64,000 nucleotides of DNA from an uncultured cyanobacterium (GTDB lineage Bacteria > Cyanobacteriota > Cyanobacteriia > Cyanobacteriales > Xenococcaceae): contig CAWCWY010000005.1 in NCBI GenBank assembly GCA_963799375.1, positions 21,041 through 85,040 on the forward strand. The letters are read 5' to 3'. The translations under genes were made by a program, and so were the position numbers. Below the pieces are notes generated by a model. That model did no database searches. It worked only from the letters and a program-made list of their open reading frames with translations, and was not told the DNA's origin. Positions 1 through 10,440 of this stretch are shown here, piece after piece. The number at the start of each line of letters is the position of its first letter. Positions within the stretch are counted from its first letter, which is position 1.

Positions 1-1
1 A

Positions 2-226
2 ACAGCAGCTAGAAAAGAAAGAGAAGGGGATGAATTCAAAGATGCCTCTGAAGCTGGTCAAACAGTAGATCGAGAAGGTCTAGCTAACAACTACGCAGTT
101 GAGCCAGAAATGTATTACGAAGAGCCAGGCGATCGCAAAGAGGTCAAAGAAAAAGAAGAAGCTGAACGTGAAGCAGAGCTGAAGGACGTAAATACCCCTG
201 GTGGCAAAGGTCCAGGCATCATCTAA
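2..226 (+). CDS. 3' part of a small acidic cyanobacterial hypothetical protein (5' end outside window)
   Basis: Open frame 2 reads TAARKEREGDEF...TVDREGLANNYAVEPEMYYEEPGD...GKGPGII, stop TAA 224-226; not in the ORF track. Confidence 0.7.
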   Translation, partial: TAARKEREGDEFKDASEAGQTVDREGLANNYAVEPEMYYEEPGDRKEVKEKEEAEREAELKDVNTPGGKGPGII

Positions 227-403
227 AGCCTCAAAGTACAACAAAATAACCTGTATTAGCTTCAAAATAAACATTCTGGAGCTAAATTTTTGTGTACGTA
301 AGACATACTCCTTATTTGTACAAGAAGGTTTAAGTATTTCTTTCTTTAATTCCCAATAAGTTTTTGGCATGATGGACGGGAATGCTTTTTACAACACGAA
401 CTT

Positions 404-793
404 ATGGAATTAATTCAACAATTAACTCAAGGTCTAGCAGTAGATGAAAGCCAAGCCAAAGGCGGTGCTGGACTTATTTTTAAAATGGCGAAAGAACAGC
501 TTGGAGATGGTGATTTTGCTCAGGTTGCTAGTGCTGTACCTGGAATAAGCAGCTTAATCGGCGAAGCTCCTACTGGTGGAAAGGGCATGGCTGGTGCAAT
601 TGGCGGACTAGCTGGCGCGCTTGGTGGTGGCAGTGGTGGACAATTAGCTAATATGGCTGCATTGGCTGGTGGTTTTAGTCAATTGGGTTTGAATCCTGGA
701 ATGGCTAGTAAGTTTATTCCGATCATCTTATCTTTTACTCAAAGTGAAGGTGGCGATCGAGTTAAGAATATTTTGGCTGGAGTTTTAAAGTAG
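404..793 (+). CDS. DUF2780-like Gly/Ala-rich protein
   Basis: QAKGGAGLIFKMAKEQL...FAQVASAVPG pattern; followed by a hairpin and T-run. Confidence 0.75.
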   Translation: MELIQQLTQGLAVDESQAKGGAGLIFKMAKEQLGDGDFAQVASAVPGISSLIGEAPTGGKGMAGAIGGLAGALGGGSGGQLANMAALAGGFSQLGLNPGMASKFIPIILSFTQSEGGDRVKNILAGVLK

Positions 794-840
794 ACAAATC
801 TTTTCATAACTGACTTTTTAAATATCTACTGAATTTGCAC

Positions 841-867
841 AAGACGTTCTATTGAGCGTCTTTTTTT
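841..867 (+). terminator. Rho-independent terminator
   Basis: AAGACGTTC-tatt-GAGCGTCTT stem (one G-U pair) followed by a T-run, downstream of 404..793. Confidence 0.65.
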
Positions 868-897
868 AGGTAGTAGGTAGTGGGTAGTAGGTAGTAG
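867..897 (+). repeat. 7-nt tandem repeat (TAGGTAG)n, inverted partner of 1326..1356
   Basis: taggtag taggtag tgggtag taggtag tag. Confidence 0.9.
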
Positions 898-898
898 A

Positions 899-1288
899 TT
901 ATTTTTCTTTAAGTTTTTTTGTAATTGTCACTAAAATTTTAATAATTACCTCTATCTCTTTTAACATATCAGAGAATTTGATTATCGGTACTAAATTATT
1001 TTCGATCATTAATTCAATCCAATACTTTGTTTCAGAAGCCTCCTTTAAAGCTATTAAATATTTCGATAAAAAGTCTTTTTCTGATTGGGCATAAATTCCT
1101 TCTGATATATTCGCTCCAATACTAGTACCGCTTCTCAAAAACTGTTTTGACAAAATAACAGAAGCACTATTAAAGTGATTTTTTTCGTTTATTTCTGAAT
1201 ACGCTGTTATTACTCTACTAGCGAATAGTTTCGTTCTTTGTTGAATCGTAATGCTATTATTGTTCACGAGTAAAATAGTTAGTAGCAT
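899..1288 (-). CDS. four-helix bundle protein (23S rRNA intervening-sequence protein family)
   Basis: KQFLRSGTSIGANISEG...S.KDF..K..IALKEASETKYW signature. Confidence 0.9.
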   Translation of the reverse strand: MLLTILLVNNNSITIQQRTKLFASRVITAYSEINEKNHFNSASVILSKQFLRSGTSIGANISEGIYAQSEKDFLSKYLIALKEASETKYWIELMIENNLVPIIKFSDMLKEIEVIIKILVTITKKLKEK

Positions 1289-1325
1289 TTCTATTTTATC
1301 TTGTAACAGGTATCAATTACATACA

Positions 1326-1356
1326 CCTACTACCTACTACCTACTACCCACTACCT
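1326..1356 (+). repeat. 7-nt tandem repeat (CTACTAC)n, inverted relative to 867..897
   Basis: c ctactac ctactac ctactac ccactac ct. Confidence 0.9.
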
Positions 1357-1476
1357 GAATAAAAACCCATCAACAATAAAGCCTAAACGAGAAGTATTTT
1401 AACCAAAGAGGGTTTCTATTTTGTGATGAGTATATCTAAAATAAGAGTTATATGTTAAGAAATATGAAATAATTTT

Positions 1477-2974
1477 ATGGCAAATGAACATCGTGTAGTG
1501 GTTGTAGGTGCTGGTATTGGTGGATTGACAGCAGGAGCATTGTTAGCCAAAAAAGGGCATGAGGTAACTATTTTTGACCAGGCGATTGTACCTGGGGGAT
1601 GTGCTTCTACATTCAAACGTCGTGGTTTTACATTTGATGTGGGGGCGACTCAGGTAGCGGGTTTAGAGCCTGGGGGAATACACCACCGCATCTTTGAAGA
1701 GTTGGGAATTGAGCCACCGAAATCTAGCTTTTGCGATCCTGCCTGTGCAGTGTTTTTACCAGGGGAAACCGAACCGATTAATGTTTGGCGCGATGCAGAT
1801 AAATGGCGGGAGGAAAGACAACGGCAATTTCCTGGTAGCGAACCATTTTGGAATTTGTTGAATCGGTTATTTAAAGCTAGCTGGCGATTTCAGGGAAGAG
1901 ATCCTGTCTTACCTCCTCGAAGTGCATGGGATGTGTGGCAATTGGTTTCGGCAGTAAGACCAGATACTCTAATTACTGTACCTTTTACTTTGATGACAGT
2001 GGCAGATGCTTTAAAACTGTATGGTTTATCTGGAGATAAACGTCTCAAGACTTTCTTAGATCTTCAGTTAAAGTTATATTCCCAAGTAGGTACAGAGGAG
2101 ACGGCTTTGCTATATGCAGCTACAGCTTTGGCAGTTTCTCAATCTCCCCAAGGACTATTCCATTTGGAAGGAAGTATGCAGGTATTAAGCGATCGCCTTG
2201 TAGCTGGTTTGGAAAAATATGGTGGTAAGCTGTTGATGCGTCATAGTGTGTCAGAAATCCATACCGCATCAGGAAAAGTTACGGGGGTAACTGTTTGCAA
2301 CCATAAGGGGGAGACTTGGACAGAAGAGGCAGAAGAGGTTGTGGCAAATGTAACTACCCAAAATTTGGTTAAGCTGACCAAAGACAAGGCATTGAACAAC
2401 TATCAACGTCGTGTAGATAAATTACCCCAACCATCGGGGGCGTTTGTAGTTTATTTGGGAGTTAAGCGAGAAGCAATTCCCCCAGATTGTTCTCCTCACC
2501 TACAGTTTTTGTATAACCAAGACGAAATTATTGGTGAAAATAACTCTCTGTTTGTTTCTGTCAGCAAGGCTGGAGATGGACGCGCCCCAGTCGGACAGGC
2601 AACTATTATTGCTTCTTCTTTTACCGATGTGGATCTGTGGTGGAAAGATGAAGAAACTTATAATGCTATTAAACAACAGTATACAGATGAAGCGATCGCT
2701 CGTTTAGGGAGAATATTTCGACTTCACAAGTGACAATTTGATCTACATTGAAGCTGCTACCCCCAGAACATTCAATCGTTACACTGCAAGAAATAAAGGG
2801 ATTGTGGGCGGTTTGGGACAGCGAATCCCCACTTTTGGTCCTTTCGGTTTTGCCAATCGTACTCCGATCGAGCATCTGTGGTTAGTCGGTGATTCCACTC
2901 ACCCAGGGGAGGGGACAGCAGGAGTCAGTTATTCAGCATATACCGTCATGAGGCAAATTGAAGCACTCAAATAA
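1477..2974 (+). CDS. crtD: carotenoid C-3',4' desaturase CrtD; one frameshift near 2708 (probably an extra G)
   Basis: GAGIGG FAD motif, FDVGATQVAGLEPGGIH; removing one G in ttaggga gives RLGEYFDFTSDNLIYIEAATPRTF and joins ORFs 1477..2733 and 2738..2974 (GDSTHPGEGTAGVS). Confidence 0.85.
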
Positions 2975-3032
2975 AGTAGAAATGAGTAAGAAATAAGTAA
3001 TTAATTTTGTTTAACTACTTAGCAATCAGCTA

Positions 3033-4373
3033 TTATTCTTTTTCTTCAATCGTGAAAGATTCAGACTGAGGATTTTTGAAGTATTGATAAGCGATTCCCG
3101 ATGCTTCTTGAATAAATTCTTTAGCCTGTTGGGAGTTGTCTGGACGTTTAACCAACATCGAAGCAATATAGCGTTTGCCGTTGGGCATATCAATCGTTCC
3201 CACATCACCTAAGACTGATTTGATGTCACCCGTTTTGTGAGCAATCAATGCCCCAGACTCTAAGCCTTGAGGGAGGAGAGTATCTCTTTCCACCTTGCCC
3301 ATGATGTGTAACAAGCGATCGCGCGATCGCAAGGAAAGCAATTCTCCATTATCGATTTTCATCAGAAGATTACCTAAGTCTTCAGGGCTAGTGGTATTTG
3401 TTCCAGTCAAGTCTGGAAGGGGGCTGCTTAACTGGGTATTAGTTAGTCCCATTGTCATAAATCGCTGGTTTAATTCTGCCATACCCCCCAAGCGATCGAT
3501 CATCATGTTGGTTGCAGTATTATCGCTAATTACAATCATTTTTTCCGCAGTTTCCAAAGCTGAGAATTTTGTTCCAGGCTGTCCATGCTGCATATCCCCA
3601 GAACCACCAACCATTAATTTTTTGGTCATGGTAAGCTGTTCGTCTAGCTCGACCTGTCTTCGATCTAAATCTTGGAAAAATGCCACCAAAATGGGCAATT
3701 TGATTGTGCTGGCAGAAGCGATTTTATTCTTTGCTCGAATGTCAACAAAGTCTTTAGTATCCAAATCTACTAGAAATACTTCTGGTTCGAGTTCGGGATA
3801 TTTTTGTCCTAACTCTTCTAATTTAGTCTTGAGTGGTTTTATTTCCTGACCTAAAGTAGATAAGTTTAATATTTGTTGTAATTTAGTTTTATTGGCTGAA
3901 CTAGCTACTTTTTTGCCGTTTACAGCCGTATTTTGTGCTGTAGCTGATGTTTTAAAAGAACTAGCGATGGAAACTGTTGTACCCAAAATAGTACTTAGTC
4001 CAACAATAACGGCGATCGCATAAATTACAAACAACCAAGAAAATTTAGGTTTTGCAACATTCAAGTTACGTTGGTTGCCAGTAACGCCAGATTTATTTAT
4101 GGTATTTTTTTTAGCTAATAAATTGCGTTTTAGCCGAGGATCGTTTTTTGCCAGGGTATTTAAGGCAGATTTTTTATTGCTAGATTTGCCTACTTTTTTG
4201 GTAGCCAAAATGCTTTTCCTTTTAGATTTGGATGGACTACGATTCTTAGCTGAAGGAGGATTGCTGCGATTTATTTTATTTTTCGCTGTGCCAAGGGGGG
4301 CTTTTTTGCCTTTACGGTTCATATGCGTAGCGGTATCCTTGTTTGACACCTGACTCCATTTATCATTGAACAT
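3033..4373 (-). CDS. class A beta-lactamase-like serine hydrolase with basic N-terminus and one TM helix
   Basis: SxxK (ASTIK), SDN and KTG motifs. Confidence 0.9.
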   Translation of the reverse strand: MFNDKWSQVSNKDTATHMNRKGKKAPLGTAKNKINRSNPPSAKNRSPSKSKRKSILATKKVGKSSNKKSALNTLAKNDPRLKRNLLAKKNTINKSGVTGNQRNLNVAKPKFSWLFVIYAIAVIVGLSTILGTTVSIASSFKTSATAQNTAVNGKKVASSANKTKLQQILNLSTLGQEIKPLKTKLEELGQKYPELEPEVFLVDLDTKDFVDIRAKNKIASASTIKLPILVAFFQDLDRRQVELDEQLTMTKKLMVGGSGDMQHGQPGTKFSALETAEKMIVISDNTATNMMIDRLGGMAELNQRFMTMGLTNTQLSSPLPDLTGTNTTSPEDLGNLLMKIDNGELLSLRSRDRLLHIMGKVERDTLLPQGLESGALIAHKTGDIKSVLGDVGTIDMPNGKRYIASMLVKRPDNSQQAKEFIQEASGIAYQYFKNPQSESFTIEEKE

Positions 4374-4604
4374 TTGTCATTCACGATGGAATAGATATCT
4401 ATCGTCTTCTGATGCTTGTCAGTTGGTTATTCGTTACCGATTGCCAACAATCTATAGTACTGTCACAAATAGTATGTATTGTTTGTTCTTCAAATTACAT
4501 TGATAAAATTACTGATTTTTTGAGAAACTCATGTATCAAAATCGAGACTTTTGGTACGAACGTTTAGAATATTCTAGTTAACTAAATTTAGTCATATATT
4601 ATAA

Positions 4605-6131
4605 GTGGGAAAAAATAACCGACAAGTATTAGAAATAATTCTTAGTTTGATTGCCATAATTGTTGCGGGATCTATATTCCTCAAGGCAATTATTGATATC
4701 GACACGAACTATGATGTCGGTTGGTATCACTTGCCCTTTGCTGCCAGAATTTGGGGTATTGTACCCAAAGATATTTATATTGCAGAAAATTTAATTGAGC
4801 ATCGTTATGACGGCTTTCCTTTGCTAGCGCATTTCTTTCAGGGCTTGTTCTGGAAACTTACGGGACGGATTCAAGCGACTAATCTAGTGGGATATTTAAG
4901 TTTGATTGGTTATTTTGCTATTCTGCGTCAGTTTTTCCAAGTACCTTTGTACCTCTCTGTAATTGCTATTTTTACTATTCCTGCGGTACTAACTCATTCT
5001 GCTACTAGTTTTGTGGATCTGCCAGGAAATGTAGCAGTATCAGTGTTGATGATGATGATCTATTCATTATTCAAACAATCTCAATTACCTAGTAAAACAA
5101 AATTACTATTTATAGTTTTGAGTGCAGCAGCAGCAGCAAACACTAAGCCACAATTGCAACCTCTGGTGTTTTTGCTTTATTGGATAGCAGGATTTAGATT
5201 AATCTGGCTTTATTTTAAATATAGCGATCGCTCTAAACGTAAACTATGGCAAACTGTTATTTTAACTATCTTGGCTTCTGGTTTAATCTTTGCAACACCC
5301 ATCAAAAATGTGGCACTGTATGGCAATCCTTTTTACCCAATCAAAATTGAAGTTGCAGGCATTGTTCTCAATCATAAATTGACCCCCGATACATACAGCG
5401 AAGGAAATAGACCTCAGAAATGGTTACAATCGATTCTAGAAATTAATACTCCTGAATGGACAGCCGATCAGTGGAATAAAGGAGACGAAAGACTATTAGA
5501 TCGGGCTGGAGGCTTCTTTGGGGCTTATGTAGTATTTAATTTATTGTTACTGATAGGCTTAACTATCGCCGAACAGTTGCACAATAAAAAATCATCTTTG
5601 AATAAAACTCATAATGCAACCACCGCTTTAATTACGGTTTTGTTGATGTCTTTTTTTACCGCCAACTTTCCCCAGTCTCATGAGTTGCGTTACTTTATGT
5701 TCTGGATGATTACTCTAGTATCTTTAAATTTGTATCTTGTATCTTCATGGCATCACTCAGGCCAGAAATGGATTCAACCAAAATATTTGGGGTTGGTATG
5801 TCTTTTGTTCTTGGTTACAGTGGGTATCAAGATCGACGATTACTTTATTAGACCAGTCTTTAATAGTTTTGAACCCTATTTAAAAGAAACTGTTAAAACA
5901 GAGCTTTTAGACCAAATGATCCCCAACGATCGCACCTGCATGATCGCTCGTCATGCAATTTCCGATCCCACCAGTGTTCCCTTTGCTCAAGTTCACAATG
6001 CCTTCTACTACAATTCTTATTTTCATCCAGAAGTTAAATATCCCTACAGTCTTAAGGTTGTTGTCGATCCTAGAGACTGTGGCGATCTCAAAATGATTCC
6101 TCCTAACGCTCAAGATTTTATTGAACCTTGA
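4605..6131 (+). CDS. polytopic membrane protein of unknown function (possibly GT-C-like)
   Basis: 508 aa, many hydrophobic helices, DVGWYHLP in first loop, YGNPFYP motif. Confidence 0.6.
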   Translation: MGKNNRQVLEIILSLIAIIVAGSIFLKAIIDIDTNYDVGWYHLPFAARIWGIVPKDIYIAENLIEHRYDGFPLLAHFFQGLFWKLTGRIQATNLVGYLSLIGYFAILRQFFQVPLYLSVIAIFTIPAVLTHSATSFVDLPGNVAVSVLMMMIYSLFKQSQLPSKTKLLFIVLSAAAAANTKPQLQPLVFLLYWIAGFRLIWLYFKYSDRSKRKLWQTVILTILASGLIFATPIKNVALYGNPFYPIKIEVAGIVLNHKLTPDTYSEGNRPQKWLQSILEINTPEWTADQWNKGDERLLDRAGGFFGAYVVFNLLLLIGLTIAEQLHNKKSSLNKTHNATTALITVLLMSFFTANFPQSHELRYFMFWMITLVSLNLYLVSSWHHSGQKWIQPKYLGLVCLLFLVTVGIKIDDYFIRPVFNSFEPYLKETVKTELLDQMIPNDRTCMIARHAISDPTSVPFAQVHNAFYYNSYFHPEVKYPYSLKVVVDPRDCGDLKMIPPNAQDFIEP

Positions 6132-6204
6132 TTTGGGGACTTGGAGAAAAGTAATAAGTAATAAGGGCATTACTGATTTAAAATATGACAAATTGTACTT
6201 TTTC

Positions 6205-6272
6205 TTAAACCTTACCCTTTACCCTTTAACCTTTTCCCAGTCATAGGAGATTAATTTGTTGCTTAGGAGTTA
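6205..6272 (-). repeat. dispersed repeat / MITE end; second copy at 26583..26650
   Basis: Minus strand taactcctaagcaacaaattaatctcctatgactgggaaaaggttaaagggt matches taactccttagaaacaaattaatctgctatgactgggaaaaggttaaggggt at 26583. Confidence 0.8.
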
Positions 6273-7995
6273 GTTATTGAAGTCCATCGGGACAACACAG
6301 TCATCAAAGTTTTGTTAAGACTAGGGAAATAAAACATTACTCCAATGCCTAGAACAACTAAAGCCGAACCGATCCAAGTCAAGGCTGTTACCCAAGCGGG
6401 TTCGCGTTTCACCTGTAATGTAGACTGTTGTAAATCCCCAGGATTCCAAGAAGCTTGAGCGATTTTCCAACCCTTATACCAAGTGGGATGATTCATCCAG
6501 ACTTTACGCTGTTCGCTGTTATCATTGCTAGGATCTTCAATGCGAATCTTGCTCGTCCACATGGCTACTGACTGCGAACCTTCATTGCGATCAACAATAA
6601 AGTCTTCTAACTTGATGCCAAAAGGTATTTCGTATAGTTTGGGACTAAAAGCAGCATAGATGCGATCTTGACCATCCTCTATAGCACTAGCTTCTCCCCA
6701 AGGTAGCCACGTTTCTTGTCCAGAGGCAGTCTTAACTAATAGTGCTGGCGCACCTTGAACCTGTTTGTCGTCTGTAGGAATAATTTTTCGCTGCAATTGG
6801 GCATGGGGCAAGTATTCTTCTAAAGTAATCTCAAAATCAGCCCAACCAGGTGTTACTGTTTGTCCTAATGCCAAAGTTCCAGATTTGAATTGACTAGAAG
6901 ATTTGGCAGCGTAATAAAGTTGATTTTCTGTCGTAATGACTTTGAAGTAGTCTCTAACCTCTGGGGGTTGAACTTGATAGTTTAAATTAATATCTTGGCT
7001 AGCCTCTCCTGAAATGAGAGTTTTGACGGGGGGGAAATCTCTTGCAAAGATGTACCAGCGTTCTGTGCCAATGGTAGAAACCACCTCCAAAGCGATCGCG
7101 GGGTTGCGATAATTCTCTGATGCGGTAACGGGTTTTTTAGCACCATCGAGGCGAAAATCGGGATAAAACCCAGTAATTGTCACTTTGGTTTTTCCTACCT
7201 TAACCCTCTTACGATTGATTGGATTTAACATCAATGGTACGGCTTCTAGATGGTGTGGCGATCGCCAGTTCTCCCCAAGGATGTTTGTCCCCCTGACTAG
7301 GATTTAATAAACGCTGCAATTGTAGATCGTCTTTTGACCTTAACCAATTCTAATTCCGCAGGACCTAAGCTAACCTGACTATAGACAGGAGGGGAAACTA
7401 CTAAAGTGCGATCGATAGTTTGTCCCATGCGATCGCTTGCCAAGCTCAACCTAACTCCTGGGTTATTATTCGTTCCTCCATCAACAAAGCTTATTTCCTG
7501 TACTGCATTGTCTGTATAGGCTTCTAGTTCCAAACCGCCAACGTATTTTGGACTTACCGAACCGTCTTGCTTGATAAATACACTACCCTGTTCGACTTCC
7601 CCCGCAGCGTTGACCACTTCTAATAAATCTCCTTGGATTCTCAGGCGATCGCCTGCATCGCTATTTGTTCTGACGAGTAACATCCCTTCCATGCCCAAAT
7701 GAATCACCGCAGCCGAACCTGCAATAATCACAATCAATCCCAAATGAGTCAGAGCAAAACCAACTTTTCTCGCCCCACGCCAGGGATAGCGAGACATTGC
7801 AGAGATACCCAAGTTAACCGCCAGCATAAACATCAATGCCCCAAACCAGGGACTTTTGTATACTTCCTGCTGTACGGTGGTTGAGCCTACCTGAGATTCA
7901 TAAAAAGTAGCCCAGATAAGAATGCCGATAATGCCACTAAGTAAGGGTACTGCGAGTTTTATCGAGCCAGCAAAACGGACAATGCGATCGAGCAT
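6263..7995 (-). CDS. cytochrome c biogenesis protein, ResB/CcsB(Ccs1)-like; frameshifts at ~7210-7335
   Basis: N-terminal TMs with ATFYES, VYKSPWF and conserved His in LTHLGL; C-terminal MNHP.WYKGWKIAQASW plus TM; ORFs 7297..7995 and 6263..7234 are halves of one gene. Confidence 0.75.
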
Positions 7996-8668
7996 GAGTT
8001 ATTAAATATATTTAATAAAGTGTTTTTATTAAATTTGTTTTCCAAATTTATCAGGCAAAGTAGTATATTAATACTTGTTAGAAAATATCACATTATTATT
8101 TTTATCTAATAATAAAATAAACATTTATCGAGTTATTAATCTACCGACATTTCAATATTTAGCTTTTGAATAAGTTTAAGTATAAAGTGTTGTCAAAAAA
8201 CAGTATACTTTGACTACAAAACAAATGACGAAGTTGTTATTATTATAAAGATTTAAGAATCTCACTATCTAGCTTGTTTTTTCTTTATTCCTTGCAAAAT
8301 AAGAGCTTTGTGCGATTCTATTTAAGTTAACAAATCGATAAAGTTGAGGTTAAAAGACAATTATAATGCGAAAAAAGCATTAATTTAATTCTAAAATTAA
8401 ATATAAATTCTTAACTCGTATATTTCGCTACTAAACAAGGTTGAGAGTTGTCTTATAAATCTATAAATGGATATAGATTTAATTTTATCAGACGACATAA
8501 ATGATGCAATTGTTCTGATTTCCAGACAAAAAAAGATAAATACTGCTACTTTGATTTATACGCTTATAAATTGGAAAATACTTTTTTACAAACTTAAAAT
8601 AACGTCAACTAATATTATTGACTTCAAACTAGCTTCATAACAAACAGAAAAAAGGAGAACAGTAAATA

Positions 8669-9783
8669 ATGTCTTTACAAGTTGAATTGCTAGAAAATAG
8701 TTTTGACGAAATAAAGCCCCATGCAAACGGATTTGTATCTAGCTTTTATGAAAATCTATTTACAGCTAATCCTGAAGCCAAGCCTTTATTTGACACTACT
8801 GATATGGAAGCTCAAAAGAAAAAGCTTCTAAGCTCTTTAGTGTTGGTAGTAGATAATTTACGCAAGCCTGATGTATTGGATGGTGCGTTACGAGGTTTAG
8901 GTGCGCGTCACGTAAAATATGGAGCATTACCCGAACACTATCCCCTAGTAGGCGGTGCATTGCTGACTACTTTTGAGCAATACCTGCAAGAAAAATGGAC
9001 ACCAGAAGTAAAACAAGCCTGGGTAGATGCTTATGGTGCAATCAGTGAGATCATGCTTGATGGTGCAGACTATTCTCAGGCAGAAATTTCTTTACCTGTG
9101 GCACAAGCACAAGCCGCCCTAAAGGATGCACCGCGGATAAAGCAGGTTTACAGGTAGAGCTTCTAGAGGAAAGTTTTGAATCAGTTAAACCCCATGCCAA
9201 CGAATTTGTTGGCAGTTTTTACGAAAATTTATTCACTACACACCCTGAAGCAAAGCCACTGTTTGAGCATACTGATATGGCATCACAAAAGAAGATGCTG
9301 CTAAATTCTTTAGTTATGGTGGTAGAAAACCTCCGTAAACCAGATGTTTTAGATAAAGCATTGCGTGGTTTGGGTGCGCGTCACGTAAAATATGGAGCAT
9401 TACCCGAACACTATCCCCTGGTTGGCGGTGCATTACTAGCTACTTTTGAGCAATACTTGCAAGAAAAATGGACAACCGACGTTAGACAAGCTTGGGTAGG
9501 TGCTTATGGTGCAATTAGCGAGATTATGCTCGATGGTGCAGACTATTCTCAAAGAGAAATTGCTTTAAAACCAGAACCTAGCAACACAGAAATTGCTCCT
9601 CCCCAGGCTCAACCTTTGAGTGATTTAAAAGATTTAAAAGATTTAAAAGTTCCTAAAGATAGCCCTTCTTCAAGTACGGAATTAGAAAGCTTTTCTCATG
9701 ACTCTGGCAAAGCAACAATGGCTGCTTTTGCTGGGGGTGGAATCATGGGCATTATCGCCACTATTTTGCTATTGCTGTTTTAG
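8669..9783 (+). CDS. tandem two-domain globin with C-terminal TM anchor; one frameshift at ~9116-9132
   Basis: Domain 1 SLQVELLENSF...FYENLF...LGARHVKYG...HYPLVG. Domain 2 starts at ~9142 in the frame of ORF 9277 (AGLQVELLEESF...). Hydrophobic tail GIMGIIATILLLLF. Confidence 0.85.
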
Positions 9784-9792
9784 AGAGAGAAA

Positions 9793-10440
9793 ATGGCAAG
9801 AAATGTACGTCGTAGTTTTCGACCATTAGCTTTATTAAGTTCAAAATTCGCCATTATTATTTCAATGATGATATTGGTGTTGTGGCTAGGATCTGCTTTT
9901 GCTCTCGATAGTCAGAGTGTCTTTTTACCAGGAGAAACTTCTGATGGTCATGTTCTGTTTGAAACTTCTTGTAAATCGTGTCATGAAGGTTTTAAGCCTG
10001 TGAGTAACGATACTTGCAATCGTTGTCACGAAGCAGAGATGGAAAAAGATCTACACGGGGCGAAAAAGTTTCGCGATCCTCGTTGGGCAGAATTGCGAGA
10101 AAACATTGACGTGCTTACCTGTACTGCCTGTCATCGAGAACACGAACATATGTTTGGTCGCGGAGTTAATTTACAGCCAGATTTATGTATGGCTTGTCAT
10201 CAAGGAGTTATTGAAGGAGAGTTGGCTAGTCATGATGACTTTGAGGCTGATGGTTGTTGGACTGCGGGGTGTCACAATTTCCACGATCATCGTTCTATTT
10301 CTACTGCTTTTCTGCGTACTAATCTCGACCAACCTTGGATGTTACCCAAACCTGGATTACCAAAAAGAGTCGTGACAACGGAGGTAAAAACTGCTCCCAA
10401 ACCAGATTTAAGCCAAGAGTTTTTGGGAGGAGAGACATGA
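9793..10440 (+). CDS. exported multiheme cytochrome c (4 CxxCH + 1 CxxxxCH)
   Basis: CKSCH, CNRCH, CTACH, CMACH, CWTAGCH; N-terminal signal/TM segment. Confidence 0.9.
   Translation: MARNVRRSFRPLALLSSKFAIIISMMILVLWLGSAFALDSQSVFLPGETSDGHVLFETSCKSCHEGFKPVSNDTCNRCHEAEMEKDLHGAKKFRDPRWAELRENIDVLTCTACHREHEHMFGRGVNLQPDLCMACHQGVIEGELASHDDFEADGCWTAGCHNFHDHRSISTAFLRTNLDQPWMLPKPGLPKRVVTTEVKTAPKPDLSQEFLGGET

Noticed and set aside
80-370. 96-aa minus-strand ORF
   Set aside because: Antisense shadow of the plus-strand gene at 2..226.
899-1288. Four-helix bundle as the Avd of a diversity-generating retroelement
   Set aside because: No reverse transcriptase and no template/variable repeat pair seen in the window.
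8880-9560. Near-identical DNA repeats as a DGR TR/VR pair
   Set aside because: Explained by internal globin domain duplication; differences are mostly synonymous and not adenine-specific.
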